DNA of 64,000 bases. Source: Trueperaceae bacterium. Its GTDB lineage: Bacteria > Deinococcota > Deinococci > Deinococcales > Trueperaceae. The stretch covers positions 3,488,001 to 3,552,000 of the forward strand of contig OZ243956.1 of NCBI GenBank assembly GCA_965214405.1, in the 5' to 3' direction. The notes under the pieces were generated by a model. That model was not told the origin of the DNA. It did not search any database and saw nothing but the letters and a program-made list of their open reading frames with translations. The position numbers and the translations under genes are program-made. The stretch's first letter is position 1; each line of letters begins with the position of its first letter. Of this stretch, positions 38,602 to 48,487 are shown in pieces.

Positions 38602-38870
38602 CAGTCGTAAATTGAATCTCTACTGACCGCCCAATCGGAAAGAGCCGGTGCATCATTATCCCCAAAGCGCCTCGCCCACGCCTCAAAGTCTCGAGCCCGC
38701 TCTTCAGGCGTCATGTTCGCCCATCTCGGCCCCCATTTGGATTGGGGCGCTGTACGCTCGAGCCTCACCTTAAAACTCGTGTGCGGCTGAACGTCGCCAA
38801 GCTGTTCTTTTGAGATATGAAGTTCGCCGTTCTCATCCGTTTCGACCTCCAACTCGACCACGTCCGCCAT
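38601..38870 (-). CDS. putative antitoxin
   Basis: Directly upstream of the PIN gene with a TGATG overlap. LSDWAVSRDSIYD tail. Confidence 0.75.
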   Translation of the reverse strand: MADVVELEVETDENGELHISKEQLGDVQPHTSFKVRLERTAPQSKWGPRWANMTPEERARDFEAWARRFGDNDAPALSDWAVSRDSIYD

Positions 38871-38876
38871 ACGCGT

Positions 38877-40415
38877 CTATCCCTTCCCCAGCTTTGGAAT
38901 GGCGTGCTCCCCCAGCGCCACCGCGATGTTCTTCGTTTCCATATAAAAGTCAAACGAGTAGTCGCCCCCGTCGCGCCCGATGCCCGACGCTTTCATCCCG
39001 CCAAAGGGCGTGGGCAGGTGGCGGACGTTATGCGAATTCACCCAGACCATCCCGGCCTCGAGCCCCCCCGCAAACTGGTGCGCCCGCGTCACGTCTTTTG
39101 TCCATAGGTAGGCGGTGAGGCCGTACTTGACGCCGTTGGCGAGTTCTAACGCCTCCGCCTCATCTTTAAAAGGAATCGCGGTGAGGACGGGGCCGAAAAT
39201 CTCCTCCTGAGCGATGCGCATGGTGTTCGTTGCGCCTGTAAAGAGCGTGGCGTTGACGAAGTTACCCTCTAAAGTCTCACCCCCCGCCGCGACGGTTGCG
39301 CCCTCTTCTTCTGCAAGGCCGACGTAGCTCCGCACCTTTTCCAAATGCTTGGGATGAATCAGCGGGCCGATTTCGGTGGCGGGGTCGAGGGGGTCGCCCA
39401 CTTTTATCTTCTTGGCGCGTTCGGCCAGCCGCAGCGTGAAGTCGTCGTAGATGCTCGCTTCGATTAAGACGCGGCTCGAGGAGGTGCAACGCTCGCCGTT
39501 GAGCGAGTAAATCATGAACAGGGCGGCGTCCAAAGCGCGCTCTATATCTGCGTCGGCAAAAACGACCACCGGATTCTTGCCGCCAAGCTCAAAATGAACC
39601 CGCTTCAAGGTCGGCGCGCCCTGCGCCATAATAAGCGAGCCCGTGAGGCTTTCGCCCACGAAAGCGATGGCCTTGATTTCGGGATGCTCGGTCAGCGCCT
39701 TGCCCGCGCTCTCGCCGTAGCCGTTGACCATGTTGACGACGCCCTTTGGCAGCCCCGCCTCGTTCATGAGGTCGTGCAGGCGCATTGCGGTGACGGGGCT
39801 CCACTCGGCGGGCTTGTGGACCACCGTGCAGCCCGCGGCCAAAGCCGGGGCGATTTTCCAGGTGGAGAGCATGAAGGGCGTGTTCCAGGGGGTAATCACC
39901 CCCACCGGGCCGATGGGCTGGCGCAGCGTGTAGTTGAGAAAGCCCTCGGTGGGGAGGCTCAAACCGTCACGCGCGCCCTCGCACCTGTCGGCAAAAAAGC
40001 GGAAGTTCTGCGCCCCACGCACCGCCGCCTTGCTCATAAAGCGAATCGGCTGGCCGGTGTCGAGGCTTTCTAGGAGCGCAATCTCGTCGGCGTTTTGTTC
40101 AATGAGGTCGGCAACATTGTGGAGGAGTTCTTTGCGCTCCGCCGCGCTCAGGTCGCGCCAGGCGGGAAAGGCGTCTCGAGCCGCCGTCGCCGCCCTGTCA
40201 ACGTCCTCAGCGTCTCCCGAAGCGACGGTGCAAATGACGGAATTGTCAATGGGTGAAAGCGTCTCGAAGGTCTCACCCGACACTGAGCCGAGCCACTCGC
40301 CGTTGACGAAATGCCTGACGCCTCGAGCCGCAACATGCTCGCGGTAGCCGTCGGCCCTGGACCGGTTGACCGCCGCCTTGTCAGGCGTACTTAAAGTAGA
40401 CGCCACCCCGCTCAC
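38877..40415 (-). CDS. hpaE: 5-carboxymethyl-2-hydroxymuconate semialdehyde dehydrogenase
   Basis: ITPWNTPFMLSTWK, FELGGKNP, NGERCT, NSHNVRHLPTPFGG. Confidence 0.92.
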   Translation of the reverse strand: MSGVASTLSTPDKAAVNRSRADGYREHVAARGVRHFVNGEWLGSVSGETFETLSPIDNSVICTVASGDAEDVDRAATAARDAFPAWRDLSAAERKELLHNVADLIEQNADEIALLESLDTGQPIRFMSKAAVRGAQNFRFFADRCEGARDGLSLPTEGFLNYTLRQPIGPVGVITPWNTPFMLSTWKIAPALAAGCTVVHKPAEWSPVTAMRLHDLMNEAGLPKGVVNMVNGYGESAGKALTEHPEIKAIAFVGESLTGSLIMAQGAPTLKRVHFELGGKNPVVVFADADIERALDAALFMIYSLNGERCTSSSRVLIEASIYDDFTLRLAERAKKIKVGDPLDPATEIGPLIHPKHLEKVRSYVGLAEEEGATVAAGGETLEGNFVNATLFTGATNTMRIAQEEIFGPVLTAIPFKDEAEALELANGVKYGLTAYLWTKDVTRAHQFAGGLEAGMVWVNSHNVRHLPTPFGGMKASGIGRDGGDYSFDFYMETKNIAVALGEHAIPKLGKG

Positions 40416-41194
40416 GCGCTCACCTCTTCTTTAGTTTCCATTTCCCCCTCCAGTGTCTCGGCAACCACGCGGTTCTCGAGCACCCCCACCCCCTCAACCT
40501 CACAACGAATCACGTCCCCTGGATTCACGTGCGAGATGCCCTTGGGCGTGCCCGTCAAAATCACGTCGTTCTCCTGTAACGTCATAAATTCGCTTACATA
40601 CTCGATAATGTCGGCAATCTTGTAAACCATGTTCGCCGTGTTGCCCTCTTGCCGCTTCTCCCCGTTCACAAGGGTTTGCAAGCGCAAGTTCTGCGGCTCC
40701 GGCACCGCCGCCGCGTCCACCCACCACGGCCCCATCGGCAGAAAGGTATCAAAGTTTTTGGGCTTGATGGGCGGGCGGAAGTGGTTGATGACGAAGTCGC
40801 GCACGACCAAGTCGTTGGCGACGGTGTAGCCCTTGACGTACTCGAGCGCATCCTTAGCCCTCACCCGCCGCGCCGGTTTGCCGATGATGACGGCCAACTC
40901 GTTTTCATAATGCATGTACTCGACACCGTGGGGCCTGATGATGGTTCCCAGATGTCCAACGAGAGCGTTACGAAGCTTGGGAAAAAGCGCGGGCTGGTCC
41001 GGCTTGTCTAAGTCCAACTCCGCCGCGTGGTCGCTGTAGTTGAGCGCGAGCGCGAGGATCGTGCCCACCTCGACGGGGGGAAGCCACGTCACCTCGTCTT
41101 GCGCGTAGTGGCGTCCAGAAGCCGTGACGACGCGCTCGTCTTGAATGGTGACGTCTTCATAGTGACCGTTAACGATGACTCGAGCGCGCTTCAT
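40412..41194 (-). CDS. hpaG: FAH-family isomerase/decarboxylase
   Basis: LALNYSDH, MHYENEL, NDLVVRD, KNFDTFLPMGP, LTGTP. Confidence 0.8.
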   Translation of the reverse strand: MKRARVIVNGHYEDVTIQDERVVTASGRHYAQDEVTWLPPVEVGTILALALNYSDHAAELDLDKPDQPALFPKLRNALVGHLGTIIRPHGVEYMHYENELAVIIGKPARRVRAKDALEYVKGYTVANDLVVRDFVINHFRPPIKPKNFDTFLPMGPWWVDAAAVPEPQNLRLQTLVNGEKRQEGNTANMVYKIADIIEYVSEFMTLQENDVILTGTPKGISHVNPGDVIRCEVEGVGVLENRVVAETLEGEMETKEEVSA

Positions 41195-41673
41195 AGCCGT
41201 TGTGCCCTTTGCTGTACCGAAGCAGCCAGCTTGGTCATAAACGGCTTGTCTCTCTCTACATCAAAAGGTCTCGAGTTCCTTTCCTCCGCGTTGTAACCGA
41301 CGTAAACAGGAACTCTGCGTTTCTCTTCAAGCTCCGACAGGTATCTTGGGTGGATGTGCGCGTGCAAGGCGGGATCGGTATTTCCCAGAATGGAATAGTT
41401 GATTCTGTAGGCTTCCGTCACCTCCAAAAGCGCGTCACCAACAGAGCTCATGTCGCTCAGGTATTGGAGACGTTGCTGCGTGGACAAGTCGTTAAGGTCT
41501 CCAACCACGGGGTCGGGCAGCAGCAGAGCGTAGCCTTGGATGTGCTGCTGGTCACCCAACACAACCCAGCCCGAGGGAACGCTGCATATGGCGGTGGGGT
41601 TTTCGCCCCGCTGAGCAGCGCGTACTCTTTGGTGGATGAGCGTAGCGCCCTCTTTGGTCTCTAAGCTTGTCAT
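41191..41673 (-). CDS. HIT-family protein
   Basis: RINYSILGNTDPALHAHIHPRY. Confidence 0.8.
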   Translation of the reverse strand: MTSLETKEGATLIHQRVRAAQRGENPTAICSVPSGWVVLGDQQHIQGYALLLPDPVVGDLNDLSTQQRLQYLSDMSSVGDALLEVTEAYRINYSILGNTDPALHAHIHPRYLSELEEKRRVPVYVGYNAEERNSRPFDVERDKPFMTKLAASVQQRAQRL

Positions 41674-42581
41674 GCGTTGACTCCGACGCGCCCGAAGATG
41701 CCGTACTTCTTCAAAGTTTCTTTTAATTTAGCCTCATTTTCCGGCATCATCGGACCCAGCGGGAGCCGCCACTGCGCCTCACAGAGGCCCATCATGGACA
41801 GGGCGGTTTTGAGGGGCACCGGGTTGACTTCGATGAACAAGATGTCGTTAAGCTCGAGCATCCGGTAGTGCAAATCCCTGGCCTCCTCCCATTTACCCGC
41901 CGCCGTCAGGTTGTAAAGCTCGGCAATCTCCTTGGGCGCGACCACGCCCGTCGCGCTCACGTGGCCGGAGCCGCCCAGCGCCAGCATGGGATACGTCATC
42001 GTCTCCGCGCCGCAGTACACGCCGAAGTCGCGCCCGGCATAAACAAAGGTGTAACTCACGTCGTCTAAGTTTTTCGTCGCGTGCTTCACGCCTAAGATGT
42101 TCGGGCACGCCTCGCGCAGGCGGCCAATTGTCCGGGGCTCGATGTTGACCGCGGTGCGTCCGGGGATGTTGTAGAGCATGACGGGCGTCTGGGGAACGCT
42201 GTCGGCGATTCTTTTGAAGTAAGTAAACAGGCTGTTCTGGTTCGGCTTGATGTAGTACGGGCTGATAACGAGCACCGCGTCCGCGCCCGCCTCGACCGCG
42301 TGACGGGTCAGCTCCATCGTCTCGTCAAAATTCGTCGTGCCCGTCCCCGGCATCACGGGCACGCGGCCCCGCACCTCTTTAATGACGAACTCGGTAACGA
42401 ACTTGCGCTCCTCGAGACTCAAGGAGGAGGGCTCGCCCGTGGTGCCCGTGCAGCCCAGACCGTGCGAGCCCTCGCGGATTTGGAAGTCGATAATCTCTCC
42501 CAGCGCCTTTTCGTCAATTTTATTTTCCGAACCCGTAAAAGGTGTGGGCAACGGAACTAACGAGCCTTTGGATAAGTTCAT
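41670..42581 (-). CDS. hpaI: 2,4-dihydroxyhept-2-enedioate aldolase (DapA-like class I)
   Basis: GTTGEPSSLS, YNIPGRTAVN, GVKH. First gene of the hpa operon. Confidence 0.8.
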   Translation of the reverse strand: MNLSKGSLVPLPTPFTGSENKIDEKALGEIIDFQIREGSHGLGCTGTTGEPSSLSLEERKFVTEFVIKEVRGRVPVMPGTGTTNFDETMELTRHAVEAGADAVLVISPYYIKPNQNSLFTYFKRIADSVPQTPVMLYNIPGRTAVNIEPRTIGRLREACPNILGVKHATKNLDDVSYTFVYAGRDFGVYCGAETMTYPMLALGGSGHVSATGVVAPKEIAELYNLTAAGKWEEARDLHYRMLELNDILFIEVNPVPLKTALSMMGLCEAQWRLPLGPMMPENEAKLKETLKKYGIFGRVGVNA

Positions 42582-42638
42582 AAGGTGTCTCCCTCACAGG
42601 TTAAACGCGTCTATTCTAAAAATGGAGGTCCTGACGCG

Positions 42639-42667
42639 AGTATAGAGCGGCGCATGAGGGGGGTCAA
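42639..42667 (-). promoter_or_regulatory. promoter of the hpa operon
   Basis: TTGACC-N17-TATACT on the minus strand. Confidence 0.7.
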
Positions 42668-42770
42668 TGGGTGAGGGGGACAGATCGCCCGTATCACAAT
42701 CCTCCCTCACGCGCTAGGCGGTGGGACAAAAGCTCGAGGGGATAAAAGATCTGCGCTCGAGCCCCAAATC

Positions 42771-43565
42771 CTAAACCGTCCTCAAAGGAAAACCGCTCGA
42801 GACGTGGGTCACGGGAATATTCTGAAGCTTGGGTCTCAGCCACTGTGCTAAATACGCCATCCCCGCTTCCTCGGTCGGCTGGTGCCCGACAATGATAAGA
42901 CCCAGCGTGCGCCCGTAGGTTTGGGCGTCGCGCACGTACTCGGCGAGTTCCCATTCGCTGACCTCACCGCAGATGAGCAGGTCGAGCTTGTCCTGTGTGA
43001 CCGAAGGGAGCTGCCAGTAAGGACCCGGCGAGCCCACGAAGAGGCCGACGCGTTCGTACCGTTCGTTCTCATCCCCGATGACCCGAACCGTATCGACGCC
43101 GAAGATATGTTTGACCTGGCGCACCATCTCATTAAGCGACGTAGGCGGAAACACAAAAACGTGCTGGCTACCCTCTTCCAAGTACGCCTGCCACGGGGTT
43201 TGGCGAAGGACGCCTGTATAGATGCCGTCGGGCCGGTGCATGTGCCAATAATCGTGATAGCGGAAGACGGCGATGTTGTGAGACTCGAGCGCCTCCATCT
43301 TCTGCCGGATTACCGCATCCCCTGGGAAAGTCGCCGCGCTGTCGTCATGATGGTAAAAGGTCGGCTCGTGCGTGATAATAAAATTCGCGCCTAACGCCGC
43401 CGTTTTTTCAATCACCTCCACCGTCGCCAAAAAAGTCGTGACAAGGCCCGTGACTTGGGTTTTCTCGTCGCCCACCTTGAGGGTGTCGCTCGAGCCGTCC
43501 AGCGGACCCTCCGGCATCTCCGGCACCGCCGCCTTGAGCAGGGCGATAACCTCACCTACGGTCAT
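42771..43565 (-). CDS. NIF3-like dinuclear metal-centre protein
   Basis: NFIITHEPTFY, FRYHDYWH, GHQPTEEAGM. Confidence 0.85.
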   Translation of the reverse strand: MTVGEVIALLKAAVPEMPEGPLDGSSDTLKVGDEKTQVTGLVTTFLATVEVIEKTAALGANFIITHEPTFYHHDDSAATFPGDAVIRQKMEALESHNIAVFRYHDYWHMHRPDGIYTGVLRQTPWQAYLEEGSQHVFVFPPTSLNEMVRQVKHIFGVDTVRVIGDENERYERVGLFVGSPGPYWQLPSVTQDKLDLLICGEVSEWELAEYVRDAQTYGRTLGLIIVGHQPTEEAGMAYLAQWLRPKLQNIPVTHVSSGFPLRTV

Positions 43566-43697
43566 AACAGTCCGACCTCTGTAGATTGACTGGAAAGGTG
43601 CGTGCTCGAGTATTCACGAGACCAGTGTAGCAAAGGGTCTGTCAAGGGGACTCGAGCCTACTGACGCCGCTGGAGACAGGATTTTAGGAGAAGGCAT

Positions 43698-43763
43698 AAA
43701 AAAAGCGCGCCTTTTTCAGCGCGTTGATTTCTCTATACTACACCCGTATACGCTATTCGTCAA
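43698..43763 (-). promoter_or_regulatory. promoter followed immediately by an intrinsic terminator
   Basis: TTGACG-N17-TAGTAT, then CGCGCT-GAAAAA-GGCGCG-C-T7. Confidence 0.55.
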
Positions 43764-43987
43764 GCCCTTGCACAAAAATTCGGGTGAATGTTTGGATAGT
43801 GAGTCCAAGGGCCGATAAAGTTGTTTTAATAGGCGCAAAACCTTGGGCTTGAAGGGATTTACACCTCTCGTTCAAAAGAGTGGGCTCAAAGGGCTGGGTA
43901 ATGCGTTCACGAACCCTGTTAGAGGGGACGCGTGTGGGGTTTAATGGCGCTGTTCAGCTTTAAGGTGTCACAACCGGAAAGGATTTT

Positions 43988-45169
43988 ATGATGACGCAAC
44001 ACGAAACGCGAAATTCACTGTTTCTTATGGGGCTGCTCGCGCTCCTGCTGGGCTTGGCCGCCTGTGCGTCGGTGGACGTGCAGCCCACGCTGCCCGAGCT
44101 CGAGCCGGGCGTCTGGACGGCCTTTACGCCCCAAGGCGAAACGATTTGCGCGGACGGCTCAGCTTACACCTATTACGTCCGCCCCGGCACCGTCAATAAA
44201 GTGGTGGTGGATTTTCAGGGCGGCGGCGCGTGCTGGAACGACGGCACCTGTGCGGGTCCTCAAGATCAAAGATCCTATGTAGCGTCCGTCAACGTAGACG
44301 GGACTTTTGATGAAGGCATCTACGACCACACCGACGCGGCCAACCCTTTTAAGGATTGGTACCACGTGTTCGTCCCGTACTGCACCGCCGACATCCACTG
44401 GGGAGACAACGTCGCTACTTACACGACTCCAGAAGGGAACACCCTCGCCGTCAATCACAAAGGCGCGGTGAACGCTCGAGCGGTGCTCAGTTGGGTGTTC
44501 GACAACTTTAGCGCCCCCGAAGACGCGTTTGTGATTGGATGCAGCGCCGGGGCCTACGGGTCCATCATGTGGACGCCGCAAATCAAGCAGCGCTACCCCA
44601 GAACCAACGTTTACCAAATGGGCGACAGCGGCGCGGGCGTCGTGACCGCTGATTTTGTGTCCAAGGTGCGCACGCAGTGGAACGCCGAGGGCGCGTTTCC
44701 CGCCTTCGTTCCGGGTCTCGACCCGGCGACCAACAACGTGCTGCAAACGGACTTTTTGACGAGCATCTATGCCAGAGTCGGCGAGTTTTATCCCGAAAGC
44801 GTGCTGTCGCAGTACAACACGCTTTACGACGGCACCCAAACTTATTTTTACGGTTTGATGGCGGGTGTGGTTCCGCCGACGCCGGAGCTGAGTGCGGACT
44901 GGTCCGATAAGATGTTGGGGTCGCTCGAGCTTACCAAGGCCAAAAACAGCGCGAACAACTTTTACGCGTATGTGTCAACATTTGACAATAACACCGACCC
45001 CAACGACGGCACCGCGCACTGCGTCATTCCTAGACCGGAGTTTTATACAGAGAGTGTGAACGGCGTGCTTTTGACGAGCTGGCTGAGCGACATGGTGAGC
45101 GGCAAGCCCATTACGTCGGTTGCGCCCGAAATACCCGCTTCGGGTGGAGCGGCTTTGCCTACGCGTTAG
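43988..45169 (+). CDS. pectinacetylesterase/Notum-family hydrolase, lipoprotein
   Basis: Lipobox LAAC, CADGS, FQGGGACW, PYCTADIH, GCSAG nucleophile. Confidence 0.85.
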   Translation: MMTQHETRNSLFLMGLLALLLGLAACASVDVQPTLPELEPGVWTAFTPQGETICADGSAYTYYVRPGTVNKVVVDFQGGGACWNDGTCAGPQDQRSYVASVNVDGTFDEGIYDHTDAANPFKDWYHVFVPYCTADIHWGDNVATYTTPEGNTLAVNHKGAVNARAVLSWVFDNFSAPEDAFVIGCSAGAYGSIMWTPQIKQRYPRTNVYQMGDSGAGVVTADFVSKVRTQWNAEGAFPAFVPGLDPATNNVLQTDFLTSIYARVGEFYPESVLSQYNTLYDGTQTYFYGLMAGVVPPTPELSADWSDKMLGSLELTKAKNSANNFYAYVSTFDNNTDPNDGTAHCVIPRPEFYTESVNGVLLTSWLSDMVSGKPITSVAPEIPASGGAALPTR

Positions 45170-45297
45170 CGCGGTCTTATCCCCTGAATAGAGTGAAGTG
45201 CTGGGAGGGTTTCCGGCACTTTTTTGTGCTCGTGCTTACGGTCATGCTCGAGGGCTCAACAAGGTCCCGTGGACTCTTTCACATTGTGCATATACAC

Positions 45298-45326
45298 TTG
45301 CATACTCGGTAAGGGTTTGCTACACT
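45298..45326 (+). promoter_or_regulatory. promoter of the leader-peptide/microprotein unit
   Basis: TTGCAT-N17-TACACT with a TG extension. Confidence 0.7.
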
Positions 45327-45361
45327 AAGAGGTGCCCAGGAAGGGCGAGAGGAGGTGCGCA

Positions 45362-45478
45362 GTGCTCAGCTTTCCGCGAAAGCAACTTACAGATGATCCT
45401 GTCAAAGGTCCTCTTTGTGATGCGTCCACCCTTGCGCCTACCGGGGTCTTGCAGCGCCGAATGTCAGCTTTAACGTAG
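45362..45478 (+). CDS. 38-aa putative leader peptide
   Basis: AGGAGGT RBS, GTG start. MLSFPRKQLTDDPVKGPLCDASTLAPTGVLQRRMSALT. Confidence 0.55.
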   Translation: MLSFPRKQLTDDPVKGPLCDASTLAPTGVLQRRMSALT

Positions 45479-45496
45479 TAGTTTTGAGCTGACACC

Positions 45497-45528
45497 GACC
45501 CCCGGCGCACCATCAACCGGGGTTTTTT
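45497..45528 (+). terminator. attenuator-type intrinsic terminator
   Basis: CCCCGG..CCGGGG followed by T6. Confidence 0.7.
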
Positions 45529-45589
45529 AGTGCCCCATTTGATCCTACTCTGACTTTCGTCATTACGAGTCTCAACTCAAAGGAGTTTT

Positions 45590-45733
45590 ATGTTTCATAC
45601 CGACCTGTCTTTACGTGTAGCCCGTCAACACGTCCGCGACCTCCAGCGCGCCTCGCGCGACCGCACCCAAGAAACCTATCCCGACAGGGAGCGCCGTCCC
45701 CGCATCTGGACGCACTGGACCAACCGCTTCTAA
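45590..45733 (+). CDS. 47-aa microprotein (not in the ORF track)
   Basis: AAGGAG RBS. MFHTDLSLRVARQHVRDLQRASRDRTQETYPDRERRPRIWTHWTNRF. Confidence 0.65.
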   Translation: MFHTDLSLRVARQHVRDLQRASRDRTQETYPDRERRPRIWTHWTNRF

Positions 45734-45800
45734 CAGTTTAAGACCTAAGTCTTAAGCCTACGCCCGGCTCGAGCGTTTGCCGGAACTGAAAGAGGATGTC

Positions 45801-45989
45801 ATGAATACCTTTTTGCTCTACCAAATTGCGCAAGAACAGATGCGTGATAGGCAACAAGAGGCCCAACACGCCCGGCTCGCGGCGTCCGTTGCCAAGCCGA
45901 GCACCCGCTCGAGGCTCGCCCACGGCCTCCAGGGCTTTGCGGAATGGCTCGAGCCCGAGCTTCGGGAGCCCAAACGCGCTTTAAGATGA
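45801..45989 (+). CDS. 62-aa helical microprotein
   Basis: GAGG RBS. MNTFLLYQIAQEQMRDRQQEAQHARLA... Confidence 0.7.
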   Translation: MNTFLLYQIAQEQMRDRQQEAQHARLAASVAKPSTRSRLAHGLQGFAEWLEPELREPKRALR

Positions 45990-46014
45990 GCGCGCAAGGT
46001 TGCCACAAACTCAG

Positions 46015-46051
46015 AACCCGGTCTGGTGAGGATTGTCAAGCCGGGTTTTTT
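46015..46051 (+). terminator. intrinsic terminator
   Basis: AACCCGG..CCGGG followed by T6. Confidence 0.65.
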
Positions 46052-46097
46052 AGTGCTTAATGGAGGAGCAAATTGATACAACTGTTTTGGGGGCTCT

Positions 46098-46601
46098 TTG
46101 GTAAAAAAGAAGTGGCTTATGCTCAAGGATATTCGACAACAGATATTAGAGGCCGCGGACCTAACGCATGTTTCTATTTTAGAACTGTCTGAAGAAGCGT
46201 CCACTTCTACTCGAGAGTTGGTTGAGCGGAAATTTGCTCGCAAGGCTCGAGCGAGAGCCGGATTGGGTAGAGGGGAATTTTTATGGGAGAGGTTTACCGA
46301 TAAGGTTGGTGTCCGTGATGCACAGGCTTGGATATGGCTGGATGACTTTGTTGTAGACAATGACGTCATCCTATTTTTCAACGAACGTCAGGAAAAAACG
46401 ATGTTTGAGCTGAAAGCACGTTCTAAACTGTCGCTGCTTTTAGGAGAAACGTATCCCTTTGAGGTTTATTTAACGGATGAACTTGTGGATTTCGTACTCT
46501 GCTTTAACCATCACGATTATCTGATCGCAACCGGAAGGGCGAAAGAGTGGCTTACAAGACGAATTCGGCGCGGCGGGCAGGGGCCGGAGCTTAATCGCTA
46601 A
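46098..46601 (+). CDS. AT-rich hypothetical protein
   Basis: 167-aa ORF after GGAGGAG. FEVYL..CFNHHDYLIATG tail. ATG 46119 is an alternative start. Confidence 0.6.
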   Translation: MVKKKWLMLKDIRQQILEAADLTHVSILELSEEASTSTRELVERKFARKARARAGLGRGEFLWERFTDKVGVRDAQAWIWLDDFVVDNDVILFFNERQEKTMFELKARSKLSLLLGETYPFEVYLTDELVDFVLCFNHHDYLIATGRAKEWLTRRIRRGGQGPELNR

Positions 46602-46750
46602 GCGCCTCGGCCGTTATCTTGTCAATACTCATCACCTGCGTCTCGCCGCGCTGGATTTCCTCGCTCCCTTCTTTTAGCGCCTCGGTGAGTTCGCGGCGTT
46701 CCGCGTGGGTGAGTTTAACCTCGGGCAAGGAGTCAGCCCACCGTTTTCTC
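46591..46750 (-). pseudogene. possible antitoxin C-terminal remnant (ParD-like)
   Basis: ELTEALKEGSEEIQRGE..SIDKITAEA with no proper start or RBS. Confidence 0.35.
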
Positions 46751-46760
46751 GCCCCTAACT

Positions 46761-47462
46761 CTAATCTTCTTTTGCCCACAAAATGCGCCCACAACTCGGG
46801 CAGCGCGTCACGCCGCGCCCGGCCCTGGCTTTCTGGATGACGTGGATGGGCAGCTTCATGTTGCAGCCGCCGCAGCGCTGATTATCCACGATGGGCACGA
46901 GGCCCAAACCGCGCTTGGAGCGGCGCACACCTTCGTACTGCTTGAGGAGCGAGGCGTCGATGTCGCGCGCCAGAGCGTCGCGTTCGCCGGAAAGCGCGGC
47001 GATGCGGCCCTCTACCTCAGCGACGCGCGCGTCTTCTTGAGTCACGACGGCGTCCAGTTCAGGTACCAATTCACCAAGTTGCGTTTGCAGGTCGCTGATT
47101 TCTTCTTCGTAACCTTCCAAACGCTCCATAAGCGGCAGCGTGTCCTCTTCAAGCTCCTGGACGCGGGTGGCGAACTGCAACTCCTGGTTCTGGTACTGCG
47201 TGGCTTCTTTAGAGCGCCCCGCGGCGATGGCGGAGTCCGCGGCGCTCTTGCGGCGGGCTTCTAGGCTCTGGAGCTCCAGCTCGTTCTGCCGAATTTCCCG
47301 GCGCAGCGCGTCGCGCCTTTCTTCTTGGGTGGCGAGCGCGACCTCTAAACTTTCCTTGCGGCGGCGCATCTCCAGGAGTTCGGGCGGCGTTCGCCCCCGC
47401 TCCTCTTCTAGCGCGAGCAGGTCTAGGTCGCGCGACTGGACTTCACTGAGTTTCTCGAGCAT
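46761..47462 (-). CDS. coiled-coil protein with a C4 zinc ribbon (DUF164 family)
   Basis: Long coiled coil, CGGCNMKLP and CPSCGRIL. GGAGG RBS. Confidence 0.88.
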   Translation of the reverse strand: MLEKLSEVQSRDLDLLALEEERGRTPPELLEMRRRKESLEVALATQEERRDALRREIRQNELELQSLEARRKSAADSAIAAGRSKEATQYQNQELQFATRVQELEEDTLPLMERLEGYEEEISDLQTQLGELVPELDAVVTQEDARVAEVEGRIAALSGERDALARDIDASLLKQYEGVRRSKRGLGLVPIVDNQRCGGCNMKLPIHVIQKARAGRGVTRCPSCGRILWAKED

Positions 47463-47652
47463 AGCGCCTCCCGCAGCTTACGAAAAAAGAAACACCGCCG
47501 AGCAGCCTGCCGAGCGGAGTGTCTACTGCTGAGGTGTGAGAACGTAACACGTTATGAAGTGTAGCATGTCAGCCGCTTTTTTGACGCTCTCGGTTTGGGC
47601 TTGGCTAAAACCTACTTGCGGTCACGCGCGTGTGTAAAGGTAGAATGCCCGA

Positions 47653-48129
47653 GTGTTTGAAGAGTCGGTCGAGGGGTTCGTCGTCCAGTGGAAGCCGTAC
47701 GCCGCGCGCGTGGAGCTTTTCGCCCGTACGGAAGGCAGCCCGCTTTTAGAGTGCCGCGTCAACAACGTGATTTTTAGCGTGTTCGACCGCACCGGCCCCT
47801 ACGACGCCCCCCCCGGCGAGGCGCAACTCATCATCAACCCGGTCACCGAATATGTAGCGAAAACGGAGGAGAGGCGTAAGGATATCGAGGTGGTGTCCGC
47901 CAGCCGGATTCGCGCGCGCGGGCTCGTGCTGGTGCGGCAGGGGCGGATGGTGGTGGTGGACGCGGGGGCTCCGCTGGTGGTGGGGGTTTTTGAAGGGCTT
48001 GATGACGACGTGTCGCTGGGGGGGTGGCTCGAGTTTGAGTCGTTAGCGCCTATTCACGGTTTTGTCGTGCCTGTTAAAAACCGCGCCGCCGCGCCCGTCA
48101 TGAGTTCTGGTGGTGCTGACAGCATTTGA
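47653..48129 (+). CDS. hypothetical protein
   Basis: 158 aa. TAGAAT lies 6 nt before the GTG. Confidence 0.7.
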   Translation: MFEESVEGFVVQWKPYAARVELFARTEGSPLLECRVNNVIFSVFDRTGPYDAPPGEAQLIINPVTEYVAKTEERRKDIEVVSASRIRARGLVLVRQGRMVVVDAGAPLVVGVFEGLDDDVSLGGWLEFESLAPIHGFVVPVKNRAAAPVMSSGGADSI

Positions 48130-48248
48130 CAGTGGCTGGTGATGAGTGGTTAGCGTTTAGCGGTGGCAAAGCGTTGTGCTAAAAGGCTCCCCCGTCTCGT
48201 CTGGTGCTTTCAAATGTAAAAGGAAGCACCTACTCCGGCGCGCGGCGT

Positions 48249-48268
48249 GTTACATTAACGTATGTAAC
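48249..48268. promoter_or_regulatory. candidate operator palindrome
   Basis: GTTACAT-N6-ATGTAAC in the intergenic region upstream of the DUF4258-like gene. Confidence 0.5.
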
Positions 48269-48487
48269 CTTTTTGGATAGACCAGAGGGCGCGGGAGCGC
48301 CTCTTACGTTGTCGTGTACCCAATTCTAAAAATCGTGTGTTTGGCTTTTCGCTAACCCACAAGAACCCACAAGGTGAAAGACCCGCAACGTAAGACTTAC
48401 TAAGACTTACAAGGATTTAGAACGCGACCTTCCTGTGTGCTGTTGGCGTTACGACCGCCCGCAGCCTCCACACCCCGAGGGGCACGT

